Of a DNA stretch of 64,000 nucleotides, positions 8,203 to 17,338 are shown in pieces. Origin of the DNA: Eubacteriales bacterium (GTDB lineage: Bacteria; Bacillota; Clostridia; Oscillospirales; CAG-272); assembly GCA_045576095.1 (NCBI GenBank), contig JAZNFP010000059.1, forward strand, positions 9,911-73,910. Direction: 5' to 3'. The position numbers and the translations under genes are program-made. The notes beneath the pieces were generated by a model. That model was not told the DNA's origin. It saw nothing but the letters and a program-made list of their open reading frames with translations, and made no database searches. Position 1 is the stretch's first letter. Each line of letters opens with the position of its first letter.

Positions 8203-9606
8203 ATGTGTAACGAAGTTTCATCGGCAAAGGAGCTTGCCGAGCGTCTTCTGCTGAAGAAGCGCAACATTTTTGAAGAGAGCGAGCCCTCCAAAATCAAAAC
8301 GATGTTCGAATACGCCGAGGGCTACAAGCACTTTCTTGATGCTGCAAAAACCGAGCGTGAAGCCGTTACCGAGCTGATTGCCATGGCAGAGAAGGCCGGC
8401 TATCTGCCTTATGAGCTCGGCATGGAGCTCAAGGTCGGAGGAACCTACTACTACAACAACCGTGCAAAAAACCTTTTTCTCTTCAGAATCGGCTCCGCGC
8501 CTCTCGAGAGCGACGGCATCCGCATTATGGCGGCACACATCGACTCGCCCCGTATCGACCTGAAGCAGGTTCCGCTTTACGAGGACAGTGGGATGTGCTT
8601 TCTCAAAACGCATTACTACGGCGGAATCAAGAAGTATCAGTGGACCGCAATTCCTCTTGCACTGCACGGCATCGTCGTGCTTGCCGACGGAAGTGAGGTT
8701 TCGGTTACGGTCGGCGAGGATGAGAACGACCCTGTCTTCTATATTAACGATCTTCTTCCGCATCTCGGTGCCGAGCAGGCGCAGAAGCCCCTTGGAAGCG
8801 CAATTCCCGGAGAGAAGCTCAATATTCTTATCGGCGGTCTCCCTTATCCCGACAAGGACGTTGACGGCAAAATCAAGCTGAACGTTCTCGCGATTCTCAA
8901 CGAGAAATACGGGATTACGGAAGAGGACTTCATCAGTGCCGAAATCAGCGCTGTTCCCGCCTTCAAGGCAAAGGATATCGGCTTTGACCGCGCGTTTATC
9001 GGTGCTTACGGGCATGACGATCGCGTTTGCGCTTACCCGATCGCCACGGCACTCTTTGACACGGATGACACCGAGCATACCGTCGTTGTCATCCTTGCCG
9101 ATAAGGAAGAGACGGGAAGCGACGGAAATACCGGCATGAACTCGATCATTCTGAAGGATATGATCGATTCGATTTCGGCATCCTTCGGAGCCGATCCGAT
9201 CCGCGTGCGTGCGGCGTCTATGTGTCTTTCTGCCGACGTAAACGCGGCATACGATCCCAATTTCGCCGACGTTTACGAGATTAAGAACAGCGCTATGATT
9301 TCCTGCGGCACAACGATGTCCAAGTATACCGGGGCCAGAGGCAAATCCTCTACCAACGACGCTTCTGCTGAATTCGTCGGAAAAATTCGTCGGATTTTTG
9401 CACAAAACGGTGTCAAGTGGCAGACCTCGGAGCTCGGCAAGGTTGACATCGGGGGCGGCGGAACGGTTGCGAAATATATTTCCGCAATCAATATTGATAC
9501 GGTTGACCTCGGCGTGCCGGTCATTTCGATGCACGCTCCTTACGAGGTCATCTCAAAGGCCGATCTCTATTCCACCTACGAAGCCTTCGTCGCCTTCTGT
9601 AAGTAA
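8203..9606 (+). CDS. M18-family aminopeptidase
   Basis: ...IMAAHIDSPRIDLKQVPLYEDSGMCFLKTHYYGGIKKYQW... and ...AYGHDDRVCAY... match aspartyl/M18 aminopeptidase signatures. Confidence 0.85.
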   Translation: MCNEVSSAKELAERLLLKKRNIFEESEPSKIKTMFEYAEGYKHFLDAAKTEREAVTELIAMAEKAGYLPYELGMELKVGGTYYYNNRAKNLFLFRIGSAPLESDGIRIMAAHIDSPRIDLKQVPLYEDSGMCFLKTHYYGGIKKYQWTAIPLALHGIVVLADGSEVSVTVGEDENDPVFYINDLLPHLGAEQAQKPLGSAIPGEKLNILIGGLPYPDKDVDGKIKLNVLAILNEKYGITEEDFISAEISAVPAFKAKDIGFDRAFIGAYGHDDRVCAYPIATALFDTDDTEHTVVVILADKEETGSDGNTGMNSIILKDMIDSISASFGADPIRVRAASMCLSADVNAAYDPNFADVYEIKNSAMISCGTTMSKYTGARGKSSTNDASAEFVGKIRRIFAQNGVKWQTSELGKVDIGGGGTVAKYISAINIDTVDLGVPVISMHAPYEVISKADLYSTYEAFVAFCK

Positions 9607-9611
9607 GCTCG

Positions 9612-10697
9612 ATGCTTTCACAGATCGAAAAGGCTGATCAAAGATTTCGGGAGATTGACATCCTGCTGTCGTCTCCCGAAATTCATAGCGATCGCGAGCA
9701 AGTCTCGCGACTGCTGAAGGAGAGAAAGCAGCTTCTTCCAATTTCAGAAAAATACCAGGAATATATCAAGGCAGAAGAAACAATTGCCGATGCCTGCACC
9801 TTGCTTTCCACCGAAGACGATGCAGAGCTTCGCTCGCTTGCCGAGGCCGAAATTCGAGATGCAAAGGCGGATCGGGAGCGCGTTCTCGGAGAGATTCGCT
9901 TGCTCCTTTTAGCGAGCGATCCGAGCGACGAGCGGAATGTCATTTTGGAAATTCGCGCCGGTGCCGGCGGCGATGAGGCCGCGCTCTTTGCGGCGGATCT
10001 CTTTCGTATGTATACGATGTACGCGGAGCGGCGGGGATTTAGCGTTGAGCTGCTTGAGGCAAACGGCACGGAGCTCGGAGGCTTTCGCCAGGTCTCGTTC
10101 CTCGTATCGGGAGACTCGGTGTTCGGAACGCTCAAATTCGAAAGCGGCGTGCATCGGGTCCAGCGTGTTCCCAAAACGGAATCCCAAGGAAGAATACAGA
10201 CCTCCACCGTGACGGTAGCCGTGCTTCCCGAGGTTGAGGCGGTTGAAGTTGAAATTTTGCCGTCCGATCTTCGCTTCGAATCCTGCAAGAGCAGTGGAGC
10301 GGGCGGACAACATATTAATAAAACCGAATCTGCCGTACGACTCACGCATATTCCGAGCGGTATCGTCATCGAATGCCAGGAGGAGAGAAGTCAATTTAAA
10401 AACCGAGATAAGGCAATGAAGCTTCTGATGGCGAAGCTGTTTGAGATCAAGCAACGGGAGCAGAGCGACTCAATCGCCGAGCAGAGGCGCACGCAGGTTG
10501 GCACGGGAGACAGAAGCGAGCGTATCCGCACCTATAATTTTCCGCAAGGGCGTGTGACCGACCACCGTATAGGACTGACCGTTCATAAGCTGGATGCCTT
10601 TATGGATGGAGATATTTCCGAGATTCTCGATGCTCTGCGTTCGCGAGAGCTTGCCGAAAAACTAAAAACGCAATCCGAACGAGGAACCATCTTATGA
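9612..10697 (+). CDS. prfA: Peptide chain release factor 1
   Basis: GGQ motif (SGAGGQHINKTESAVRLTHIPSG) and a PxT-type tripeptide (PKT) rather than SPF. No frameshift site. Confidence 0.95.
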   Translation: MLSQIEKADQRFREIDILLSSPEIHSDREQVSRLLKERKQLLPISEKYQEYIKAEETIADACTLLSTEDDAELRSLAEAEIRDAKADRERVLGEIRLLLLASDPSDERNVILEIRAGAGGDEAALFAADLFRMYTMYAERRGFSVELLEANGTELGGFRQVSFLVSGDSVFGTLKFESGVHRVQRVPKTESQGRIQTSTVTVAVLPEVEAVEVEILPSDLRFESCKSSGAGGQHINKTESAVRLTHIPSGIVIECQEERSQFKNRDKAMKLLMAKLFEIKQREQSDSIAEQRRTQVGTGDRSERIRTYNFPQGRVTDHRIGLTVHKLDAFMDGDISEILDALRSRELAEKLKTQSERGTIL

Positions 10698-11752
10698 AAA
10701 CGACCGAATATATCCTTCAAAAGGACCTAATCGGCTCTGAGCGAACCGTCAAGCTTTCGCGCGCCGCCGACTGTATCAGACGCGGCGGACTCGTCGTTTT
10801 CCCAACCGAAACCGTTTACGGACTTGGCGCAAATGCGCTTGATCCGAATGCTGCCGCCGCGATCTATGCGGCGAAAGGCAGACCCTCGGATAATCCGTTA
10901 ATTATTCATATTGCCGAGCCGTGCGACGCCGAACGATACACCGAGACAACGCCGCTCTTTTGGAGACTTGCCGAGCGGTTTATGCCGGGACCTTTAACCG
11001 TCGTGCTCCGCGCGAAAAGTATCATTCCAAAAACCGTTACGGCAGGACTTCCGACGGTTGCCGTCAGATGTCCGTCTCATCCGGTCGCACACGATCTGAT
11101 CTCGCTGGCAGGAGTCCCGATTGCCGCCCCCTCTGCCAATCTTTCCGGAAGCCCCTCTCCGACCTGCTTCCGACACGTATTGGATGACATGGATGGGCGA
11201 GTTGACATGATTGTTGATGGCGGAGACTCTTCGATAGGCTTAGAATCCACGATCATTCAGCTTTCGGAAAGCGGGGAAGCCACGCTTCTCCGCCCAGGAC
11301 GAATCACCCCAAGCGAGTTGCGTCAGGTGCTTCCGGAGCTCAAGATTTCAAACGCTGTTACCGAGGCGTTGAAAGAGGGGGAGACCGTCCTCTCGCCCGG
11401 CATGAAATACCGTCATTATGCCCCCGAATCGCCTTTGGTTTTGATAAAATCGAGTGAAAAAGCGCGGCAGAAGTACATATCAGAAAAAAGCGGCCGACTT
11501 GCCGTGCTTTCCTATTCCGAATACGTAAGCGACTACAAGAATCTCGTGTCTCAACCGACCGTGTACGATCTCGGTCCTCTCGGAGACCCCGAACTGCAGG
11601 CCCACAGATTGTTTTATTTGCTTCGCGAGATTGACAAAATCGGTTATGACTGCATCTATGCCCCTCTTCCGTCAGGAGACGGCGTTGAGCTCGCGCTCTA
11701 CAACCGGATGATCCGTGCAGCAGCGTATACCATCGTGGAGATCAAAGAATAA
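10694..11752 (+). CDS. tsaC: L-threonylcarbamoyladenylate synthase (Sua5/YwlC type, with C-terminal Sua5 domain)
   Basis: ...VVFPTETVYGLGANALDPNAAAAIYAAKGRPSDNPLIIHI... The 4-nt ATGA overlap with prfA suggests translational coupling. Confidence 0.9.
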   Translation: MKTTEYILQKDLIGSERTVKLSRAADCIRRGGLVVFPTETVYGLGANALDPNAAAAIYAAKGRPSDNPLIIHIAEPCDAERYTETTPLFWRLAERFMPGPLTVVLRAKSIIPKTVTAGLPTVAVRCPSHPVAHDLISLAGVPIAAPSANLSGSPSPTCFRHVLDDMDGRVDMIVDGGDSSIGLESTIIQLSESGEATLLRPGRITPSELRQVLPELKISNAVTEALKEGETVLSPGMKYRHYAPESPLVLIKSSEKARQKYISEKSGRLAVLSYSEYVSDYKNLVSQPTVYDLGPLGDPELQAHRLFYLLREIDKIGYDCIYAPLPSGDGVELALYNRMIRAAAYTIVEIKE

Positions 11753-11770
11753 CGTTTGAAGGATTACAGC

Positions 11771-13972
11771 ATGGCAAAGAAGAAAAGATCAAGCGGACTT
11801 CCGGCATTTTCGGCGATGGCGGAGGTAACGCCCCAGCCGATCACCGAAACGATTGAAACCAACTATATGCCGTACGTCATGAGCGTCATCGTCTCGCGAG
11901 CAATTCCCGAGATCGACGGCTTCAAGCCCGCTCATCGCAAGCTTCTCTATACTATGTACAAGATGGGACTGCTTTCCGGACCAAGGCAGAAGAGTGCCAA
12001 CGTTGTCGGTCAAACGATGCGCCTTAATCCCCACGGGGATGCATCTATCTACGAAACGTTGGTGCGCCTTACCCGAGGGCACGATGCGCTTTTGCACCCT
12101 TTTATTGATTCGAAGGGCTCTTTTGGAAAGCAGTACAGCAGAGATATGGCATACGCGGCCTCGCGCTATACCGAGGTGCGACTCGATCCGATCTGCAACG
12201 AGCTTTTTTCGGGAATCGAGAAGGGAAGCGTCGAGCTTGTTCCGAACTATGACAACACGACCACCGAGCCGAAGCTTTTGCCGACGACCTTCCCGAACAT
12301 TCTCGTTTCCCCGAATCTCGGAATTGCGGTCGGTATGGCATGCTCGATCTGCTCGTTCAACCTTGCCGAGGTTTGCGACGGCACGATCGCCCTTCTGAAA
12401 AATCCGAACGTTACGCTCGAGAGAATTCTGGATCTGATTAAGGCGCCCGACTTTTCCGGCGGAGGGATTTTGATTTACGACCGCGAGCAAATGCGCGATA
12501 TTTATGCGAATGGCGTCGGCTCCATCCGTCTGCGTGCACGCTACCGCTACGATAAGGACGAAAACGCGATCGACATACTGCAAATCCCATACTCCACGAG
12601 CATCGAAGCCATCATTAAGAAGATTACGGATCTGATCAAGGAAGGGAAGCTCCGGGAGATTACGGATATCCGAGATGCAATTGATCTGAGCGGCTTTAGG
12701 CTGACGATTGATCTGCGGCGCGGAACCGACCCCGATCGCTTGATGGAGAAGCTCTACTGTCTGACGCCGCTCGAAGATACCTTTGATTGCAACTTCAATA
12801 TTCTCGTAAACGGCACGCCGCGTCAGCTCGGCGTTCTCGATATTCTCAAGGAATGGGTTTCGTTCCGTATCGACTGCATTCGCCGCGAGCTTCGTTACGA
12901 TCTGAACAAGAAGCAGGATAAGCTTCATCTGCTCCTCGGACTCGGTTCCATCCTTCTCGATATTGATAAGGCGATTCGTATCATCCGCAACACCGAAGAC
13001 GAAAAGCTGGTTGTCCCCAACCTGATGAGCTCGTTCTCGTTATCCGAAAAGCAGGCGGAATATATTGCTGACATCAAGCTACGCCACCTGAACCGCGAGT
13101 ATATCCGAAACCGCGTTGAGGAAATTGCCGGACTGGAAAAGGAGATCGCCGAGCTTGACGAGATTATCCGAGATGATTTGAAAATTCGCGCAAGGATTGC
13201 CTCAGATCTTCAGGCTATTAAAAAGCGTTATCCGTCCGCCAGGCGAACCCAAATCATATCCGCCGATGAAATTCAAGAAACCGATCGCGCTCTTTTGGTC
13301 GATGACTATCCGGTTCGTGTCCTGATGACGAGGCAGGGATATTTCAAAAAGCTCTCTCTGCAGGCGGGGCGTTCCGATGAGCAAAAGCTCAAGGACGGCG
13401 ACGAAATTCTATCGGTTACGGATGCAAGCAACGCGGATTCGGTTGTGTTTTTGACCGACCGTGCCCGACTTTACACCGCAAGGCTTGCCGATTTTGACAC
13501 CTCGCGTCCGTCGCTTCTTGGAGATTATCTGTGTGCCAAGCTCACAATGGAAAAAGCGGAAAAGCCGATTGCCTATGCGATTCTCGGGGCTAAAGCCGAG
13601 GATACCGACGCCGTCGTCGCTTTTGCTGACGGAAGTGCTGTCAAGTATTCTCTTGACAACGTTCGAGCGCAGGTGAAACGGATGAAGCTTCTTCCGGCGG
13701 TCAAGCTACCGCCGTTGCCGGTTTCGATCGTGACGGTCGGAAAGGATGCCGACGACCTCTTCTTCACGACAAGTGAGCAACGCTACGCCCGGATCTCGTC
13801 GAGCTTGATCGATCGATCCGACGCATCACATCTGAATATTGCCGATATACTTCAGCTCAAACGCGGAGTAACGGTTCTTAGCGCACTTCGTGAGGTGCCG
13901 GCGGAAATCTCCGATCCGGAGCTCTATCGCAGGAGAACGCTTCCGGCGCTTCCCATCTCCAAAAAGAAATGA
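11771..13972 (+). CDS. Type IIA DNA topoisomerase subunit A (ParC/GyrA-like)
   Basis: ...YMPYVMSVIVSRAIPEIDGFKPAHRKLLYTMY..., ...NPHGDASIYETLVRL..., catalytic-Tyr context AASRYTEVRL. ATG 11771 has a GAAGGA RBS. The track start at 11756 is TTG. Confidence 0.85.
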   Translation: MAKKKRSSGLPAFSAMAEVTPQPITETIETNYMPYVMSVIVSRAIPEIDGFKPAHRKLLYTMYKMGLLSGPRQKSANVVGQTMRLNPHGDASIYETLVRLTRGHDALLHPFIDSKGSFGKQYSRDMAYAASRYTEVRLDPICNELFSGIEKGSVELVPNYDNTTTEPKLLPTTFPNILVSPNLGIAVGMACSICSFNLAEVCDGTIALLKNPNVTLERILDLIKAPDFSGGGILIYDREQMRDIYANGVGSIRLRARYRYDKDENAIDILQIPYSTSIEAIIKKITDLIKEGKLREITDIRDAIDLSGFRLTIDLRRGTDPDRLMEKLYCLTPLEDTFDCNFNILVNGTPRQLGVLDILKEWVSFRIDCIRRELRYDLNKKQDKLHLLLGLGSILLDIDKAIRIIRNTEDEKLVVPNLMSSFSLSEKQAEYIADIKLRHLNREYIRNRVEEIAGLEKEIAELDEIIRDDLKIRARIASDLQAIKKRYPSARRTQIISADEIQETDRALLVDDYPVRVLMTRQGYFKKLSLQAGRSDEQKLKDGDEILSVTDASNADSVVFLTDRARLYTARLADFDTSRPSLLGDYLCAKLTMEKAEKPIAYAILGAKAEDTDAVVAFADGSAVKYSLDNVRAQVKRMKLLPAVKLPPLPVSIVTVGKDADDLFFTTSEQRYARISSSLIDRSDASHLNIADILQLKRGVTVLSALREVPAEISDPELYRRRTLPALPISKKK

Positions 13973-14013
13973 AAAAGAGATACCGCACACATCGGTTGCG
14001 GTATCTCTTTTTT
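13972..14013. terminator. Bidirectional intrinsic terminator
   Basis: AAAAAGAGATACCGCA-loop-TGCGGTATCTCTTTTTT lies between convergent genes, with an A-tract upstream and a T-tract downstream. Confidence 0.8.
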
Positions 14014-14024
14014 GATCAAAACAG

Positions 14025-14963
14025 TTATATCAGCTTCATCCAAAGCGCAACGAGCGGCATGGTTCCAACCGAGAGAATCGTTGAGACCGATACCAGCTTT
14101 GCTGCATAACGGGCGTTGCCGCCGAACTTTTCGGCGAACATAGAGGTTGCCGTGGCTCCCGGTGTCGAAGCGCAGATAAAGAGAGCCGATGCCGCAACGG
14201 GATCCCGGAAGCCGAAAAGGGCTGCAAGCTTCAGGATTGCAAAGCAAGCGCTCGGAATCATGAGCATCCGAATGATCAGAAACTCATACAGATAAAGATC
14301 GCGGAAAAAGCCCTTGAGGTTCAGATCAGCCAAGCCGAAGCCGATGATGAACATCGAAAGCGGCGCGACAAGATTGTTCATCAGCGTGAGAAAATTGATG
14401 GGAAGTGCCGGAAGATAGCGGCTGACCGAAGTCACAAGGCAGAGGAATCCAACGGCGATAGAAATGGTCGCGGGGTTTAAAAACGCCTTGCGAAGCGAAA
14501 TGTAGCTGCGGTCGTGCGTGAAAATATAGCAACCGAGAGTCCAGACGAAAATATTGAAGAACACGACGTAAAAGGTTGCAAAGATTACTGCCTCGTCTCC
14601 GAAAAGTGCCTGAATCAAAGGGATCCCCATGTATCCCGCATTGGTGAAAACGGTTGAAAAACGAAGAACTCTTTGAACATCCGTCCTCGCGCGGCGATAG
14701 AGAACCAGCGACAGCAAAAAATACAGGACGTGAAACAAAAGGCAAAAGAGTGCAACGACGGCGGCACGAAGCATGAGCTTCGCATCAAACTCCCGCAAAA
14801 AGGAAAGCACGATCATGGCGGGGGTTGCAACGTAAAGAACGATATTGGAAAGTCCAACGCCGAAATCGCCACCTACGAGCCGCGTTTTTTTCAAAAGCAC
14901 GCCGGGAATCACGCACAAAACCAGAAGCAGCACCTGCTGAAATAAAACGAGTATGTCGATCAA
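14025..14963 (-). CDS. AEC-family (auxin efflux carrier) transporter
   Basis: About 10 predicted TM segments. N-terminus MIDILVLFQQVLLLVLCVIPGVLLKK... resembles AEC permeases. TTG start with a GGAGG RBS. Confidence 0.8.
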   Translation of the reverse strand: MIDILVLFQQVLLLVLCVIPGVLLKKTRLVGGDFGVGLSNIVLYVATPAMIVLSFLREFDAKLMLRAAVVALFCLLFHVLYFLLSLVLYRRARTDVQRVLRFSTVFTNAGYMGIPLIQALFGDEAVIFATFYVVFFNIFVWTLGCYIFTHDRSYISLRKAFLNPATISIAVGFLCLVTSVSRYLPALPINFLTLMNNLVAPLSMFIIGFGLADLNLKGFFRDLYLYEFLIIRMLMIPSACFAILKLAALFGFRDPVAASALFICASTPGATATSMFAEKFGGNARYAAKLVSVSTILSVGTMPLVALWMKLI

Positions 14964-14998
14964 GATTACGCCTCCAAGCTGATTTTCAAAACGGATAC

Positions 14999-15027
14999 AT
15001 TATACATTCTTTTTCGCGAATATGCAA
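14999..15027 (-). promoter_or_regulatory. Sigma-A-type promoter of the AEC transporter gene
   Basis: Minus strand TTGCAT (15022-15027), 17 nt, TATAAT (14999-15004). Confidence 0.65.
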
Positions 15028-15092
15028 TAGGGAATCGCAAAAAACGTGCAATTTTCTTTTTTACATTTTTTGCGAATTCTGATAAAAAACTA

Positions 15093-15122
15093 TTGACAAT
15101 TCACCGACTGTCATGCTATAAT
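15093..15122 (+). promoter_or_regulatory. Sigma-A-type promoter of rplU-prp-rpmA
   Basis: TTGACA (15093-15098), 18 nt, TGcTATAAT (-10 at 15117-15122). Confidence 0.75.
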
Positions 15123-15199
15123 ATTTCGACGCTTGCGAAAGGCTTAAGTGCATATGCCGCCTTATGCAGCGATTTTAAAAGGAAAGAGAGGTGCTTTTC
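15123..15199 (+). promoter_or_regulatory. Candidate ribosomal-protein L21 operon leader
   Basis: A ~75-nt 5' UTR containing hairpin TGCATA-tgccgcct-TATGCA, in the position of the Firmicute L21 leader. I could not align it to the family consensus by eye. Confidence 0.3.
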
Positions 15200-15508
15200 G
15201 TGTTCGCAATTTTTGAAACGGGTGGAAAGCAGTACAAGGTATCTGAAGGCGACGTCATTAAGGTTGAGAAACTCGCAGTCGTTGCCGGTGAGACGATTAC
15301 GTTCTCTAAGGTACTCGCAGTCGGTGCCGACAGCGTTACTGTCGGGGCTCCTTACGTTGACGGAGCATCGGTTGTCGCCGACGTAGTCGAGTGCGGCAAG
15401 TCGAAGAAGATCTATGTCTTCCGTTATAAGGCAAAGAAGAACGAGAAGAAGAAGATCGGCCACAGACAGAGCTACACCAAGGTACAGATCAAGAAGATCG
15501 AGTGCTGA
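15200..15508 (+). CDS. rplU: 50S ribosomal protein L21
   Basis: (GTG)[24 protein letters not shown]... is the canonical L21 N-terminus. GTG at 15200 fits the RBS better than the track start at 15191. Confidence 0.95.
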   Translation: MFAIFETGGKQYKVSEGDVIKVEKLAVVAGETITFSKVLAVGADSVTVGAPYVDGASVVADVVECGKSKKIYVFRYKAKKNEKKKIGHRQSYTKVQIKKIEC

Positions 15509-15509
15509 A

Positions 15510-15872
15510 ATGACCAAGGTTATCTTTTATAAGTCCAACGGAATCTTCTACGGATTCGAGGAGCAGGGACATACCGGGTACGGCGAAGAGGGAAACGACG
15601 TCCTTTGTGCCGCACTTTCATCCATGACGATGCTCCTGATTAACGCGATCGAGGTCTCGTATGCGTGTGACGTGAGCTACACGATCCATGAGGAGACCAC
15701 GGATATTCGCGTAATCGCGCGTTCGGCTCTGCCGTCCTATGAAAAGGACGAGAAAAAGCAGTTCGCAGTTTCTGGACTTATCTCCGCTTACTATTTCCAG
15801 CTCATGGAGCTGCTGGAGGAATATTATGATTTCCTCGACGTAGAAGCAGTGGAACGTGATCCGGAGGCGTAA
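15510..15872 (+). CDS. prp: Ribosomal-processing cysteine protease Prp (YsxB)
   Basis: [38 protein letters not shown]... contains the His/Cys dyad context and lies between rplU and rpmA. The Arg-rich N-terminal extension in the track overlaps rplU and is spurious. Confidence 0.9.
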   Translation: MTKVIFYKSNGIFYGFEEQGHTGYGEEGNDVLCAALSSMTMLLINAIEVSYACDVSYTIHEETTDIRVIARSALPSYEKDEKKQFAVSGLISAYYFQLMELLEEYYDFLDVEAVERDPEA

Positions 15873-15900
15873 GCATCCAATGATTTATGGAGGTAAAAAA

Positions 15901-16179
15901 ATGCTCAAGCTCAGTTTACAGTTCTTTGCTCATAAGAAGGGCGTTGGCTCTACGAGAAACGGCCGTGACAGCGAGTCCAGGCGTCTCGGTGTTAAGAGAG
16001 CAGATGGGCAGGCGGTTGTCGCCGGTAACATCCTTGTCAGACAGCGCGGGACTAAGATTCATCCCGGTGTTAACGTCGGACGCGGATCGGACGATACTCT
16101 GTTTGCTCTGACCGACGGTTTCGTCAAATTCGAGACCTCGAGAGATCGCAAGCGGGTCAGCGTTTACGCTGAGAAGTAA
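15901..16179 (+). CDS. rpmA: 50S ribosomal protein L27 with N-terminal propeptide
   Basis: MLKLSLQFF|[23 protein letters not shown]... GGAGG lies 7 nt upstream of ATG 15901. Confidence 0.95.
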   Translation: MLKLSLQFFAHKKGVGSTRNGRDSESRRLGVKRADGQAVVAGNILVRQRGTKIHPGVNVGRGSDDTLFALTDGFVKFETSRDRKRVSVYAEK

Positions 16180-16187
16180 AAAATTAC

Positions 16188-16229
16188 CGTTGTGTTCATT
16201 GGGGTGCCGATGAACACAACGTCTTTTTC
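16188..16229 (+). terminator. Intrinsic terminator after rpmA
   Basis: 12-bp stem CGTTGTGTTCAT / ATGAACACAACG followed by TCTTTTTC. Confidence 0.85.
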
Positions 16230-16255
16230 TAATATCATTTAAGGAGTTTCGTGCT

Positions 16256-17302
16256 ATGGCAGTTCTCGTAACCGGCGGAACCGGATATATTGGATCGCAC
16301 ACGACGGTTGAGCTGATCAAATCGGGCTATGATGTTGTCGTGGTTGACAATCTTATCAACAGTAAGGCAAGTTCTCTTCTTCGCATTGAGGAGATCACCG
16401 GAAAACGTCCGGAATTTTACGAAATCGATATGCTCGACCGAGACGCGCTTTTTTCGGTTTTCAGACAAAATAAAATCGATGCCGTCATACACTTTGCAGG
16501 ACTCAAGGCTGTTGGCGAATCAGTCTCGGCTCCTTTGCTGTACTATCAAAACAACCTGCAAAGCACGCTGAATCTCCTTGATGCGATGATTGCCTTTTCA
16601 TGCAACCGTATCGTTTTCAGTAGCTCTGCAACGGTATACGGCCGTCCCGAAACCGTTCCGATCCGCGAGGATTTTCCGCTTTCGGCTACCAATCCTTACG
16701 GTCAAACCAAGCTCATGATTGAGCAGATCCTTCGGGATACCGCACATGCCAACCCGCAGCTTTCGGTTTCGATTCTTCGCTACTTCAACCCTATCGGCGC
16801 TCATGAAAGCGGACTGATCGGCGAGGATCCCAAGGGCATTCCGAACAACCTTGTCCCATACGTTGCAAAGGTTGCCGCAGGTCAGCTGAAGTGCCTGCAC
16901 GTTTTCGGTGATGACTATCCGACGCCCGACGGCACGGGAGTTCGCGACTACATTCACGTCGTTGATCTTGCACGCGCACATATTGCAGCGCTTCGCCGCG
17001 TCGAGAAGGTAAACGGAGCAGAGTGCTTCAATATCGGTACCGGAAACGGATATTCGGTTCTGGAAATCGTCAAGGCGTATGAGCAGGCGTCGGGCGTCAG
17101 GATTCCGTATCAAATCGATCTTCGCCGTCCCGGTGATATTGCAATCTGCTATGCCGATCCGAGCAAGGCACGCGAGGTGCTTGGCTGGGAAGCCGAGTAT
17201 GATCTCAAGAAAATGTGCGAGGATACCTACCATTGGCAAAGCATGAATCCCGAGGGGCTTCCCTCCGTGTATCCCGAAAATTTCCCACCGAAAAAAGCAT
17301 AA
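16256..17302 (+). CDS. galE: UDP-glucose 4-epimerase
   Basis: MAVLVTGGTGYIGSHTTVEL... Rossmann motif, ...YGQTKLMIEQIL... (YxxxK). The length is typical. Confidence 0.93.
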   Translation: MAVLVTGGTGYIGSHTTVELIKSGYDVVVVDNLINSKASSLLRIEEITGKRPEFYEIDMLDRDALFSVFRQNKIDAVIHFAGLKAVGESVSAPLLYYQNNLQSTLNLLDAMIAFSCNRIVFSSSATVYGRPETVPIREDFPLSATNPYGQTKLMIEQILRDTAHANPQLSVSILRYFNPIGAHESGLIGEDPKGIPNNLVPYVAKVAAGQLKCLHVFGDDYPTPDGTGVRDYIHVVDLARAHIAALRRVEKVNGAECFNIGTGNGYSVLEIVKAYEQASGVRIPYQIDLRRPGDIAICYADPSKAREVLGWEAEYDLKKMCEDTYHWQSMNPEGLPSVYPENFPPKKA

Positions 17303-17307
17303 AATCA

Positions 17308-17338
17308 GGAGCCGAAAGCAACGCTTTCGGCTCCTTTT
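17308..17338. terminator. Bidirectional terminator between galE and the desulfurase gene
   Basis: 12-bp stem GGAGCCGAAAGC-aac-GCTTTCGGCTCC followed by TTTT. It overlaps the stop of the convergent gene. Confidence 0.8.

Noticed and set aside
15414-15509. Arg-rich N-terminal extension of the prp ORF. There is a similar extension of rpmA at 15856-15900.
   Set aside because: These are out-of-frame read-throughs of the upstream ribosomal genes. Internal ATGs with GGAGG-type RBSs give canonical Prp and L27 N-termini.
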